Assembly: GCA_963721805.1 (NCBI GenBank)
Contig: CAVRJY010000002.1
Span: 288,001-352,000, forward strand
Reading direction: 5' to 3'
Length of the DNA stretch: 64,000 bases
From: Nitrospirota bacterium
Lineage (GTDB): Bacteria; Nitrospirota; Thermodesulfovibrionia; Thermodesulfovibrionales; JdFR-86
The notes under the pieces are model-generated. The model worked only from the letters and a program-made list of their open reading frames with translations. It did not search any database and was not told the origin of the DNA. Position 1 is the stretch's first letter; every line of letters begins with the position of its first letter. Position numbers and translations under genes: made by a program. This document shows positions 47,390 through 56,221 of the stretch, piece after piece.

Positions 47390-49786
47390 GTTTTCCTGAT
47401 TTCTGTATTGAGGATTCACAGCATATGCAGCCCCATCAAGAAGCGCGATATAGCTGCGCTCTGTAAGCACCTTCAATCCGGGGTCTACAGCATCCATTGT
47501 TTTGAGTGCGTTTTTATGCCGCATGACATCCCGGCCAGTGAAGCGCTCCGGCTTGTGGCGGTCTATGTATTCCAGAATCAGCCGGGCTGATTCAATGCGC
47601 GGGTCTTCGCCCATGAACCCGAAGACAGCAAGGGCATGAGCCGCGTAATAGCTTGCTATCGAAGTAGCCGCATGTACTGTTTCGGCCTCTATGGGTAAGG
47701 TTGCCCCGCTTTGCCCGTGAATTGCGAAATGCAAAAGCGCCGCTATCCTTGCCGCCGCACCCGGCAGTTTCGAGCCCCATTCCTTAATGCCCTCCATGTC
47801 GCCGCCCTCTTTAAGATCGGCTTCAGCGTCATGGTAAAACTCGGCCCATGCTTCAAGTGCTGATGGGGTTAAATTGAGGTCACAGTTCATAGGGGGTATG
47901 TCCATCAAATCCCAGAGGTGCGCGCGGTATCGGGCGGCTATTTCCGGTGCTATGGGGGTCGTTTGCAGCTTGCGGTGTCCGATGCGGCCCCCATTCATCG
48001 AAAACAAGAACCGTGCGAGGAGTCCGCGTCCTTTGAATTGTCTGTTCTCGCCTATCTCGCGGATTACATCACTCTGGACAGACACGCAAAGGGTTAGCGC
48101 CGGAGCCTCCATATAGCAGGCACCTCGGCTCATTCTGTGCGCGCTCCATGAGTCTCCGGCGTGGGCTTTCAGGAGTATGTCGAAGTTTGCGCCGCCCTTG
48201 CTGTAGAGCCCGGCCATGATTCCGAATATCCCGCCCTCCGCGCTGATAATACTCATGCGTTCCCCGTGGACTGTCATCGTATCGCCTAATTTCTCAGGTG
48301 TTACGTCATCCATTATGAATAGGGGGTATGGAGGGACAGGGTTATCCGTAATCTCCTTCTGTATATCGGCAATCTCTCGTATCAGTCGCTCACGGTCATT
48401 AAGCTCCTTTGCTTTAGATGCCTCTTTTTCCTTTGCCCCCAACTGAGCTTGCCGCACTTTATCTGCCGCTATTGCCTCGCAGATTACGGCCTTCATGCGC
48501 TCGGCTTTATCGTTCTGGTAATCGTATAAGGGGCGGGTCATAACGGATAACGTGGAACTCTTGCGCTCGCCGCTATCGAGGATCGGACAGACATAGATGG
48601 ATAGGGGCTCGCGGTGTGAGGCAAGCGACACCCCGGCCTTGCGTTGCATGGCTGTTGCTAGTGCCGCAAGATACACCCCTGCCGGGAATCCCGCATCTAC
48701 CTGATAGACCTCTGTGACGGCTTTAACCATTTCGCGGCCTATTCCCGGTAACACATCAACTGGAAACTGAGGAAGGTTAGTAAGGCTGTTAAGCGGAATG
48801 ATCGAAGGCCATTCAGCAGAAGCAACGTTTGCAATGTTGCTGGTTACAGCTTTTGCCGCCTTGATACAGTGCTGGACAGCTTCTATGCCCTCTAATTGGT
48901 GAAGATCATTAAAGTCGGTGGGGCCTTTCTTTTCAGCCTTAAACTTAGCAATCTCATTCTCAGACAAATTGAACTCCGGGACTGCAAGGAGCGCCCCGGC
49001 CTCTCGCGCCGCCTCAGTCGCGTTCGTAATGCCGGGGTTTCCGTCTGTCCATTGGTCATTATCGGAACAGACTATCAGACCCGATCCGGTTTCTTCTCGC
49101 GAAGTAGCTTTGTTACTGCGCCGCAGATTTCCGGCATCAAAAGCAACCACTATGGAATGCCCTGTGGCTTCATGCAGGCTTGCCCCTGTAGCGTATCCCT
49201 CGCATATCAGGATAGGGCCTGTCTTGTCTCCGGGTATCCGGCAGAAGTGTCCGACCTTAGCAGTTCCGGTTTTGAACTTCTTGCTTCCATCCCCCGAAAT
49301 GAACTGTAGGCCATGAAGCACCCCGGCGAAGTCCTGTACCGGAATAATGAGAGCGTCCCCTGATTGCTTTATTGCGAAAGGTTTAATCCCTTTGACAGTT
49401 AGATACTGATGTCTCTCATCAGCCTTCAGGCCCTTATCCCAAATTGCTTTAGACTTGGTTCTGCACTCTTCACGTCCCCGCGCCTGCTCCTCGTCGGCCT
49501 GTTTACGGATTCGCTCCATAGTGGCCTTGTATCGTGCGCGCTCTTCTACTGTCATGCTCTGGCTATCTCTTGAGCGCCACTTCTCCTTTATCTGCCGTTT
49601 GTGGCATCCAAAGGCCCCTGCGGCAAAATCTTCGGCTTCATGCAACACATACCAGCCGTTCTTCTTGTGCGGCTTATCTCCGTCTACATGGAAGCGGTGG
49701 AGCTTCCCGTTTGCTATGACTTGCTCATGTGGTTCGATTCCGGCACTTGCAAGTGCTTGTCTAAATTTATCGGTGCTGGTATCCAC
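47384..49786 (-). CDS. Primase (TraC/P4-type Toprim) fused to DUF3987/YfjI-like ATPase
   Basis: GGAGG RBS and GTG; ICEGYATG, AFDAGNL, DND, TDFNDL; SGERKS, DVTPEKL, GLLARFL. Confidence 0.9.
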   Translation of the reverse strand: MDTSTDKFRQALASAGIEPHEQVIANGKLHRFHVDGDKPHKKNGWYVLHEAEDFAAGAFGCHKRQIKEKWRSRDSQSMTVEERARYKATMERIRKQADEEQARGREECRTKSKAIWDKGLKADERHQYLTVKGIKPFAIKQSGDALIIPVQDFAGVLHGLQFISGDGSKKFKTGTAKVGHFCRIPGDKTGPILICEGYATGASLHEATGHSIVVAFDAGNLRRSNKATSREETGSGLIVCSDNDQWTDGNPGITNATEAAREAGALLAVPEFNLSENEIAKFKAEKKGPTDFNDLHQLEGIEAVQHCIKAAKAVTSNIANVASAEWPSIIPLNSLTNLPQFPVDVLPGIGREMVKAVTEVYQVDAGFPAGVYLAALATAMQRKAGVSLASHREPLSIYVCPILDSGERKSSTLSVMTRPLYDYQNDKAERMKAVICEAIAADKVRQAQLGAKEKEASKAKELNDRERLIREIADIQKEITDNPVPPYPLFIMDDVTPEKLGDTMTVHGERMSIISAEGGIFGIMAGLYSKGGANFDILLKAHAGDSWSAHRMSRGACYMEAPALTLCVSVQSDVIREIGENRQFKGRGLLARFLFSMNGGRIGHRKLQTTPIAPEIAARYRAHLWDLMDIPPMNCDLNLTPSALEAWAEFYHDAEADLKEGGDMEGIKEWGSKLPGAAARIAALLHFAIHGQSGATLPIEAETVHAATSIASYYAAHALAVFGFMGEDPRIESARLILEYIDRHKPERFTGRDVMRHKNALKTMDAVDPGLKVLTERSYIALLDGAAYAVNPQYRNQENH

Positions 49787-49891
49787 GTTATACCCCCTCC
49801 AGCTTGAATACTCTGAAGAGAACGTGAACAATTGATTCTGGCAGCAACCCCCAACAAGCGAGGCCGACAATGATAACCTTCAATGTTGCTC

Positions 49892-50137
49892 TCAACCCTT
49901 AACCCTCTCGCGGGCAATACCGACCGCACTTCTTAGTGATTCAAAAGCCATAAGGTACGACTGAACGGGGACATGGGCATTTGCAAAGAAGCTTTCCATT
50001 GCTGCATTTAGCCCGCCCCCGGAAAGCTCAATCTTAATTGTTCCCCCATCGGATACAGCGCGGAAACTAAACCCCATTGCTATTAGGAATGCTGCCAGTT
50101 GGTTACTTGTGGTAAGTACACTCTCGGCCTTCTTCAC
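49892..50137 (-). CDS. Small hypothetical protein, first gene of the primase operon
   Basis: AGGAGG RBS and GTG; LTTSNQLAAFLIAMG. Confidence 0.75.
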   Translation of the reverse strand: MKKAESVLTTSNQLAAFLIAMGFSFRAVSDGGTIKIELSGGGLNAAMESFFANAHVPVQSYLMAFESLRSAVGIARERVKG

Positions 50138-50168
50138 GGGGCCTCCTTTCTTTTCTTGCCCCATGAAA

Positions 50169-50185
50169 TGCAATGCTTGTGCCAG
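50169..50185 (-). promoter_or_regulatory. sigma54 (-24/-12) promoter
   Basis: Minus strand CTGGCACAAGCATTGCA matches TGGCAC-N5-TTGCW. Confidence 0.88.
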
Positions 50186-50200
50186 ATTTGAGCCGTGAGT

Positions 50201-50213
50201 TAACCTATTGATA
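50201..50213 (-). promoter_or_regulatory. IHF binding site
   Basis: TATCAATAGGTTA matches WATCAANNNNTTR, just upstream of the -24 box. Confidence 0.75.
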
Positions 50214-50321
50214 ACAAAGCAAAACAAGTGATTTGAATACCCTTGTTTGACATGCAAATCAATATTAATTATCATAAGTAATAATCAAAACTGAAACTGA
50301 ACAAGAAAAGGAGCCGCTCAA

Positions 50322-51722
50322 ATGTCTGACTTGCCCACCATTCTTAAAATGATGGAGCATCGTCCTACCCCAAACCCTAATGATTTCAACGACCCGGAAA
50401 TATGGAAGAGTGTGTGGGCTGAGCATTTAAGTGAAGAATCAGCGACAAGAAGGTTTAATGAACTCACTGCCGGTCTAAATGCCTACAGGGGCACTATTCC
50501 TGCTGATGACATTGATGGTAGTTTTACTTCCTATTTTATGCGTGCCAGCCAAGAGTTAGATAGGGAAACCAATTGGGACAACTTTAAGAAATTTAAGTTT
50601 AAAAAAAGAACCACCTCGATTGCCAACGCGGCACTTCTAATAGAGGGCATACATGATTTGGTCTTGATTGGGTTATTAGAGAATGCGCGCCACTATGAAA
50701 GTCTGAGGTATATAGCAGCGCATTATAATCCATTTGTTAATGACATACAGCTTAAAGCGGAATTAAACGCCCCTCTGCTAATCACAGGGAATTCAGGTAC
50801 AGGAAAAGAAGCTATGGCATATTGCATCCATATGATAAGTGGTAGGCGTAAGGAGCCATTCAAAAGCATCGACTGTTCAGCATTTTCAGGTGATTTAATA
50901 GCCTCGGAATTATTCGGCACAGTAAAAGGGGCCTTTACTGGTGCAATAGATAAACCCGGACTTCTTGAGTCAGCGAATGGCGGGACAGTATTTCTTGACG
51001 AAATAGCAAATATGCCAAAGCCTCAACAGGCCATGTTACTAAGGGTTATTGAATCTGGGAAGCTTAGGCGTGTTGGGGCGAATGAGGACATAAAGAAGAA
51101 GCTTGACGTTAGATACATTGCGGCAGTACAGCCGAGCAAAGAAAACGAGTTGCTGCCTGATTTGCTTTATAGATTGACCTATCCGTTTTGTATAAGGCTT
51201 CCATCGCTGAAGGAACGGTTTGCAGCATTAGATGACGACCAACAAAAAAGGATAATTAATCATTCATTAAAGCGTCTGACAAGGAGAGAATCGAGCATCC
51301 CATCCGAGGTTGCTTTTACTGTGTCTGCAATTAACCGACTTGTTGCACACGACTATCCCGGCAACTATCGAGAGCTTGAAAACACATTGCTCATAGCAAT
51401 AATAAACGCTCAGAATAAACATAGCTATAACGCTAAGAAACAGTTACGCATTGACACAGAACACCTTCCTACTATAGCGCAACACACAACAGCTAACCCG
51501 GCAGAAAACCTGATAGATATTAGCTCTTGGTCGCTTATGGATTTGGCCATCCCTGATAAAAAGCTCGCCCCGTTCCTCGCGGAGCGAGTTATGGGAATAT
51601 ATAAGGACGGCAGTACTCCAAGCTATGAGCTTTCAAAAGAGGGGGGCAATGATGCGAAATTCGGACGGCACTTTGAGAAAATGGTAGGGGTAAGCCTAAC
51701 GGAATTTAAACGCAACATGTAG
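50322..51722 (+). CDS. sigma54-dependent enhancer-binding protein (AAA+)
   Basis: GNSGTGKE, SELFGTVKGAFTGA, FLDEI, LLRVIE, YPGNYRELEN; N-terminal domain not recognised. Confidence 0.93.
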   Translation: MSDLPTILKMMEHRPTPNPNDFNDPEIWKSVWAEHLSEESATRRFNELTAGLNAYRGTIPADDIDGSFTSYFMRASQELDRETNWDNFKKFKFKKRTTSIANAALLIEGIHDLVLIGLLENARHYESLRYIAAHYNPFVNDIQLKAELNAPLLITGNSGTGKEAMAYCIHMISGRRKEPFKSIDCSAFSGDLIASELFGTVKGAFTGAIDKPGLLESANGGTVFLDEIANMPKPQQAMLLRVIESGKLRRVGANEDIKKKLDVRYIAAVQPSKENELLPDLLYRLTYPFCIRLPSLKERFAALDDDQQKRIINHSLKRLTRRESSIPSEVAFTVSAINRLVAHDYPGNYRELENTLLIAIINAQNKHSYNAKKQLRIDTEHLPTIAQHTTANPAENLIDISSWSLMDLAIPDKKLAPFLAERVMGIYKDGSTPSYELSKEGGNDAKFGRHFEKMVGVSLTEFKRNM

Positions 51723-51734
51723 AGTACGGTTAAA

Positions 51735-52097
51735 CTATTCTGGGCAGTCGTATGGTTCAAACGATCCTTCTTTGAGTTCGCCGGTTAGGTTCTCGATCAG
51801 ATACACTTTGGGTTTCTTATCTTGACCTACAGCTATGAATCCTCGGCAAAAGAAACTGCAAGGTAAATCGGTAGAAAAGCATATTTCTTTTTGTTTCGCC
51901 TGCAACAATTCAATTGGCCATTTATGACAATCATACTTGCCATATTTAGGGCAAATAAGCACTTCAAATTCGCCGCCGTAAATAATAGTTTTCCCCTCCA
52001 TTTTCCCTATCGCATCAAACAGCGAAGCAGCATAGGCATCATTAAATGTAATGGCTATCTGTAGTACGATTATGAATAAAAGAGTTTTTGCCATCAT
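51735..52097 (-). CDS. Exported Cys-rich hypothetical protein
   Basis: Signal peptide ending AYA-A; six Cys. Confidence 0.7.
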   Translation of the reverse strand: MMAKTLLFIIVLQIAITFNDAYAASLFDAIGKMEGKTIIYGGEFEVLICPKYGKYDCHKWPIELLQAKQKEICFSTDLPCSFFCRGFIAVGQDKKPKVYLIENLTGELKEGSFEPYDCPE

Positions 52098-52102
52098 CGA
52101 TT

Positions 52103-52717
52103 CTATTTGCCGACTGGCTCTCCCTTTACACGCCTTACCACATCACCATTTTGGGTAACATGCTCATAATCACTCTCCTTTAATTCTTTTCCAAGAAAAG
52201 GGATTGCACCGGCTACCAGATAAGGGAAAACGTCTCGCATTGAATCCCCAAATTGTTCATCGCTTCTAATGACAGTTTTCCATAATTCGCCTTCTTGTTT
52301 CTCAAGGTAGGTTTTTCTGTCAAAGGCATCAAATGATACATAATACAGCCCCGCGTTTATTCCCGTGACGCTCATGCTCTCAGTATTTCCAGCCGCTTTA
52401 TCTGTAACTGGGATTGTTACATTGCGTGTTTCAGCAGAATACGATAAAACGCTTCCATACGAAACGAGAATTAATATGTCGGCTTTATCTGGATTCGCGG
52501 CTGGTTCAAATCCGGCGAGTTTAAGCCCTCTATCTAAATATGCTCTGTACTCCTTAAACTCTAGCGACGATTCTTTCACCCATGGCTGCGCCGGGCGAAG
52601 CTCATACTTCTTCATAGAATCGTCGGCCATCATCGCATCGATCTTAACACTATAATGCGATGGGCAACCAGCGAGAGCTATCACTATAAGCAGTCCTAAC
52701 ACTATCTTCTTTATCAT
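52103..52717 (-). CDS. Lipoprotein (DUF4136-like)
   Basis: GAGG RBS; LAGC lipobox; ADILILVSYG, LWKT. Confidence 0.75.
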   Translation of the reverse strand: MIKKIVLGLLIVIALAGCPSHYSVKIDAMMADDSMKKYELRPAQPWVKESSLEFKEYRAYLDRGLKLAGFEPAANPDKADILILVSYGSVLSYSAETRNVTIPVTDKAAGNTESMSVTGINAGLYYVSFDAFDRKTYLEKQEGELWKTVIRSDEQFGDSMRDVFPYLVAGAIPFLGKELKESDYEHVTQNGDVVRRVKGEPVGK

Positions 52718-52863
52718 CCTCTCCCCCTCAATAAAGTTGTATTGCAATAGCTTAGCCCCCAACTGATCTAAAGTCAATATAACAACAAGGAAACTTCGTG
52801 ACATTTACCTTAAAACTCTTTATACTTCAAGTTATCAATAGAATCTCAAACGGGGGTAGCCAT

Positions 52864-53169
52864 ATGAAAAGAATAATGCTCTGTCTCGTTATACTCTGTG
52901 CGTTTAGCGGTATCGCTCTTGCCGGGGATGTCAACGTGAACGGCTACTGGCGGGATTCAAACCACGATGGGGTTAAGGATACCTATGTCAGCCCCTATAC
53001 ACGCACCGCGCCTGATGATAGCCGCCTGAATAACTATAGCACTCAAGGGAATACCAACCCTTACACCGGACGGCAGGGAACCGAAAGCCCATACAGCAAT
53101 CCCAGCACCCCGCTTGGCGGCTCGAACTATGGGAGTGGCAGCAATGGAAAATCGCTCTTAGGACAGTAA
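52864..53169 (+). CDS. Small exported protein of a phage-associated type
   Basis: Signal peptide; VNGYWR..YVSPYTRTAPD..NNYSTQGNTNPYTG. Confidence 0.8.
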   Translation: MKRIMLCLVILCAFSGIALAGDVNVNGYWRDSNHDGVKDTYVSPYTRTAPDDSRLNNYSTQGNTNPYTGRQGTESPYSNPSTPLGGSNYGSGSNGKSLLGQ

Positions 53170-53207
53170 GCGCTGGGGCATCGTGTGGCGTGGAAAGAAA
53201 TCAACGA

Positions 53208-53678
53208 ATGAAAACATTAAGCCTTAAAACTAAAAAAGTGATAGCCCGCGAAGGATTGATACTTTTGGGCATTTTGATACTGATTGCGGCAGCGATAAGC
53301 TTCGAATTGATTAACGCAGCCTATTACAAGCATATGACATCAATATTTATAGCCGAGCGTGGCCCATGGAAGGATTACGCTCCTACTAATCCGGATATTG
53401 TCCCGACTTCTGTTCTTCCTGATGAGGTTGTAGCAAAAGAGAGGCGTAGGCTAATTAATGCAGGATTCACACCACAAGAAATAGCTCAATACCAGAGGGT
53501 AGAGCCACCTTCTATATTTAAAACTGGAATAAATCCTCAGGATACCAAAGTAGCGAAGTTTTTTATAATAGCTGCGTATTGCTTATATTTATTTGTCAGA
53601 ATATTTATTGTGGCAATTGGCTACTCCATTAAGTTTACCAAGTGGGCTCGCGCAATCCTCAAACAACAGGAGCCATAA
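53208..53678 (+). CDS. Two-TM membrane protein
   Basis: Hydrophobic helices near both termini. Confidence 0.7.
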   Translation: MKTLSLKTKKVIAREGLILLGILILIAAAISFELINAAYYKHMTSIFIAERGPWKDYAPTNPDIVPTSVLPDEVVAKERRRLINAGFTPQEIAQYQRVEPPSIFKTGINPQDTKVAKFFIIAAYCLYLFVRIFIVAIGYSIKFTKWARAILKQQEP

Positions 53679-53897
53679 AATCATTTCCACTTATCTATTC
53701 ACTTCGCATCCTCTATTGTCTGCCATTGCATATTCTCAGGCTAATCAGGGCAGCGTCACTGTATAGTTTTTGTATAGTGAATGCTCGGTACGATAGGGCA
53801 CAATAGGGGAAAGCCGAAGGGCTTCCCCTGATGCAAAGGGCACGATTTAGCACGAAAAAGCACGATCTGCTAAACCCGGAGAGCAATAGGCATTGCA

Positions 53898-53942
53898 TTG
53901 ACACGGTAGAGGTCAGGGGTTCGATACCCCTCGCGCCTACCA
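53898..53942 (+). repeat. Right att of island 2: displaced 3' half of tRNA-Val including CCA
   Basis: TTGACACGGTAGAGGTCAGGGGTTCGATACCCCTCGCGCCTACCA, followed by a terminator hairpin. Confidence 0.95.
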
Positions 53943-54130
53943 TTAAAAACAAGGGGCTGGCCATTTATGGCTGGCCCCTTATTCTTGCGGATTCAGCAGG
54001 CGGGTAAGCTGTGTTGGGAACAATGGCATAATAACCTTGACTTACAAAGTCCTACCAATTACTCTAACAGGCATAGAGCTAGTTTTTCGGGCTTGCGCGA
54101 AATCCCTTAAAAGGTCGATACCGGAATTAT

Positions 54131-55255
54131 ATGTCAACAGATACATTTTTCAGCCGAGCTTATACGGATACGATCAAAGGGTTCGCTATTACCGGTATTT
54201 TTCTTTGCCACTATTTCGAAAAGGTTTACGGGTCGCAAAGCCTCATACAGTGGACATTTGCCCCAAACGCCATACGGGATTTCTTCTATGCAGTAAACAT
54301 CTCCAAGGTCGATCCTGCTACTCTGTTTTTCCTGTATTTCGGATACGTAGGCGTCTCTATGTTTTTTGTTCTCAGCGGTTATGGCCTGGCCTCTTCGCGT
54401 TTAGGCAATGAGCCACAGCTGTGGAAGGCTTTCTTTATAAGGCGGTGCGTGCGATTAATGCCTCTTTATTATCTTTCAATAGCGGTTTTTTCCCCGATAG
54501 TGGCATTATCGGCCGGCCTGCCAACAGACAAGGTATGGAATGCCGTGATATCTAAGGTGCTGTTTATCCATACATTCAACATAAATACGATGTTTTATAT
54601 TAATTCTTCGCTTTGGTTTGTTGGGGTCATCGTTTGGCTGTACGCATGTTTCCCTTTGATTTTTTCATTTGCCAGAAAAAACGCCAGCCTGACGTTTCTC
54701 ATTTGTTTTGCGGTGTCGTACCTGTCCTCTGCCTGGATAGCTTCCTCGGATTTGGCCAGAGTGCACAGTGCGTTTGCTATGGGAGGGTTTCCGCTGTCCA
54801 GGCTTGGGGAGTTTTCGTTTGGAATCTGTTTTGCGGTCGTAGTGCGGGCTCAGCCTCGCAAGGCGGAGGCGGCCCTCCGCCATCCATTGCTGATCATGTG
54901 TTCGGCAATAATGTTTTCGGCAGGAGTGGGGGGGCTAATTTACCGTCCGTTATATCCATGCCACCAGTTATTCCTCTCGGTGCCGTTAATGCATGTTATT
55001 ACGCTGAGCTACCGTGTAATGGGCAAAGGGGCGGCGACGTTATTCTATCCGTTTAGCTTTGCGGGCAGGCACTCTTACGCGCTATTTGTAATCCACGAGC
55101 CGCTGTTGCTGTTATCTACGTCATTAATGAAATCGTCCTCTTTGTCTTTCATTGCCGTGGCTGGAATTGTATTGCCTCTTTTTGCGGTTTTTTCGGCCGG
55201 GGTAGGGTTGACGGTAGACAGGCTTATGCGCTCAAGGACTTTCGCCAGCCAATGA
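54131..55255 (+). CDS. Acyltransferase-3 (OafA-like) membrane O-acyltransferase
   Basis: DTIKGFAI..H, GVSMFFVLSGY, FFIRRCVRLMPLY, SYALFVIH. Confidence 0.92.
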   Translation: MSTDTFFSRAYTDTIKGFAITGIFLCHYFEKVYGSQSLIQWTFAPNAIRDFFYAVNISKVDPATLFFLYFGYVGVSMFFVLSGYGLASSRLGNEPQLWKAFFIRRCVRLMPLYYLSIAVFSPIVALSAGLPTDKVWNAVISKVLFIHTFNINTMFYINSSLWFVGVIVWLYACFPLIFSFARKNASLTFLICFAVSYLSSAWIASSDLARVHSAFAMGGFPLSRLGEFSFGICFAVVVRAQPRKAEAALRHPLLIMCSAIMFSAGVGGLIYRPLYPCHQLFLSVPLMHVITLSYRVMGKGAATLFYPFSFAGRHSYALFVIHEPLLLLSTSLMKSSSLSFIAVAGIVLPLFAVFSAGVGLTVDRLMRSRTFASQ

Positions 55256-55376
55256 CGCGTTTTCGTATGCTTGAGAATATTGCGTAATCCGTCTGTTGTA
55301 TATGCCTCACAATCCTAATCCCTCTGACATTGCTGATAAGTTGCGCTTGTCTGTGCCGAGGCATCAGGCGGCTGCA

Positions 55377-55901
55377 TTAATGTAATGATGCCATCAGCGC
55401 CGAGCGCGAACATGTCTCGGTCTTGCATAGGATATGCTTGACATGCTGTTTGACCGTCAGCTCGCTGATAAAGAGCTTCTCCGCGATCACCCTGTTTTTG
55501 CAGCCCTCACAGACCAGCCTTAGGACATCGCATTCCCTGTTGGATAACTGAAAAATGTTCCTGACGACCTGGATGTCCACCGACCGCATCTCAACGGCCT
55601 TTTCAAGGAGGACAGTAATGTGTCTGTCCGCCCCAGGGGCATCGGCCTTTCGCAGCGTACACAGCCTGATCGCGATGGCTTGGCGAGGGTCGCCGTCCTG
55701 AAATACGGATGTGTGCTGCACTCCATCAAAGCGTGAGGCAATGGCAACGAGGCTGAGTACCAGATCGTGAAGCGCGGGCATCGAGCCTATCAGCTCCGAG
55801 GCCACATCATTAGAGTAAGTCAAGGAAGAATCCAGGCCGAATATAAGGATTCCGGGTAAGGTGCGTCGTCCTGCCAGGTCATTCATCCGGTTCATGTACA
55901 A
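55377..55901 (-). CDS. LuxR-family HTH regulator
   Basis: LSNRECDVLRLVCEG..IAEKLFISELTVKQHVKHI. Confidence 0.9.
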   Translation of the reverse strand: MYMNRMNDLAGRRTLPGILIFGLDSSLTYSNDVASELIGSMPALHDLVLSLVAIASRFDGVQHTSVFQDGDPRQAIAIRLCTLRKADAPGADRHITVLLEKAVEMRSVDIQVVRNIFQLSNRECDVLRLVCEGCKNRVIAEKLFISELTVKQHVKHILCKTETCSRSALMASLH

Positions 55902-56221
55902 ATTATATCACCTGATCTCTGTTTCACATAATTGGCCTGAAACGGTGAATGCTACTTTGGGGGTATTTACCGCGGGTCAAAGACCCGCTATGCTTTTATT
56001 AGATATAGCTTCAAGCCAGCTATAAACCGTGGCTTTAGTTTGGCTGTGCGCACGACGGACGCATGGCCGGGTGTCTCGGCGCAGGCTGGGGCGGGACGAG
56101 GGTATCCGGTAAGAACACGGAATGATCAAGGAGGCGATCAAATGGCGGATACGCAAAGGAGAACAGGCGTCATGGCGGAATAGCAAGCAGTCCTGAACCT
56201 TAATAGTTACCGGGGGTAAAT

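Larger units (their letters stand above)
44193..53942. mobile_element. Island 2: about 9.7-kb PICI-like phage satellite in tRNA-Val
   Basis: 42-bp direct repeat (44193-44234 vs 53898-53939, 2 mismatches); integrase, excisionase, primase-helicase; identical 19-bp arm repeat at 44287 and 53760; no capsid or tail genes recognised. Confidence 0.92.
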
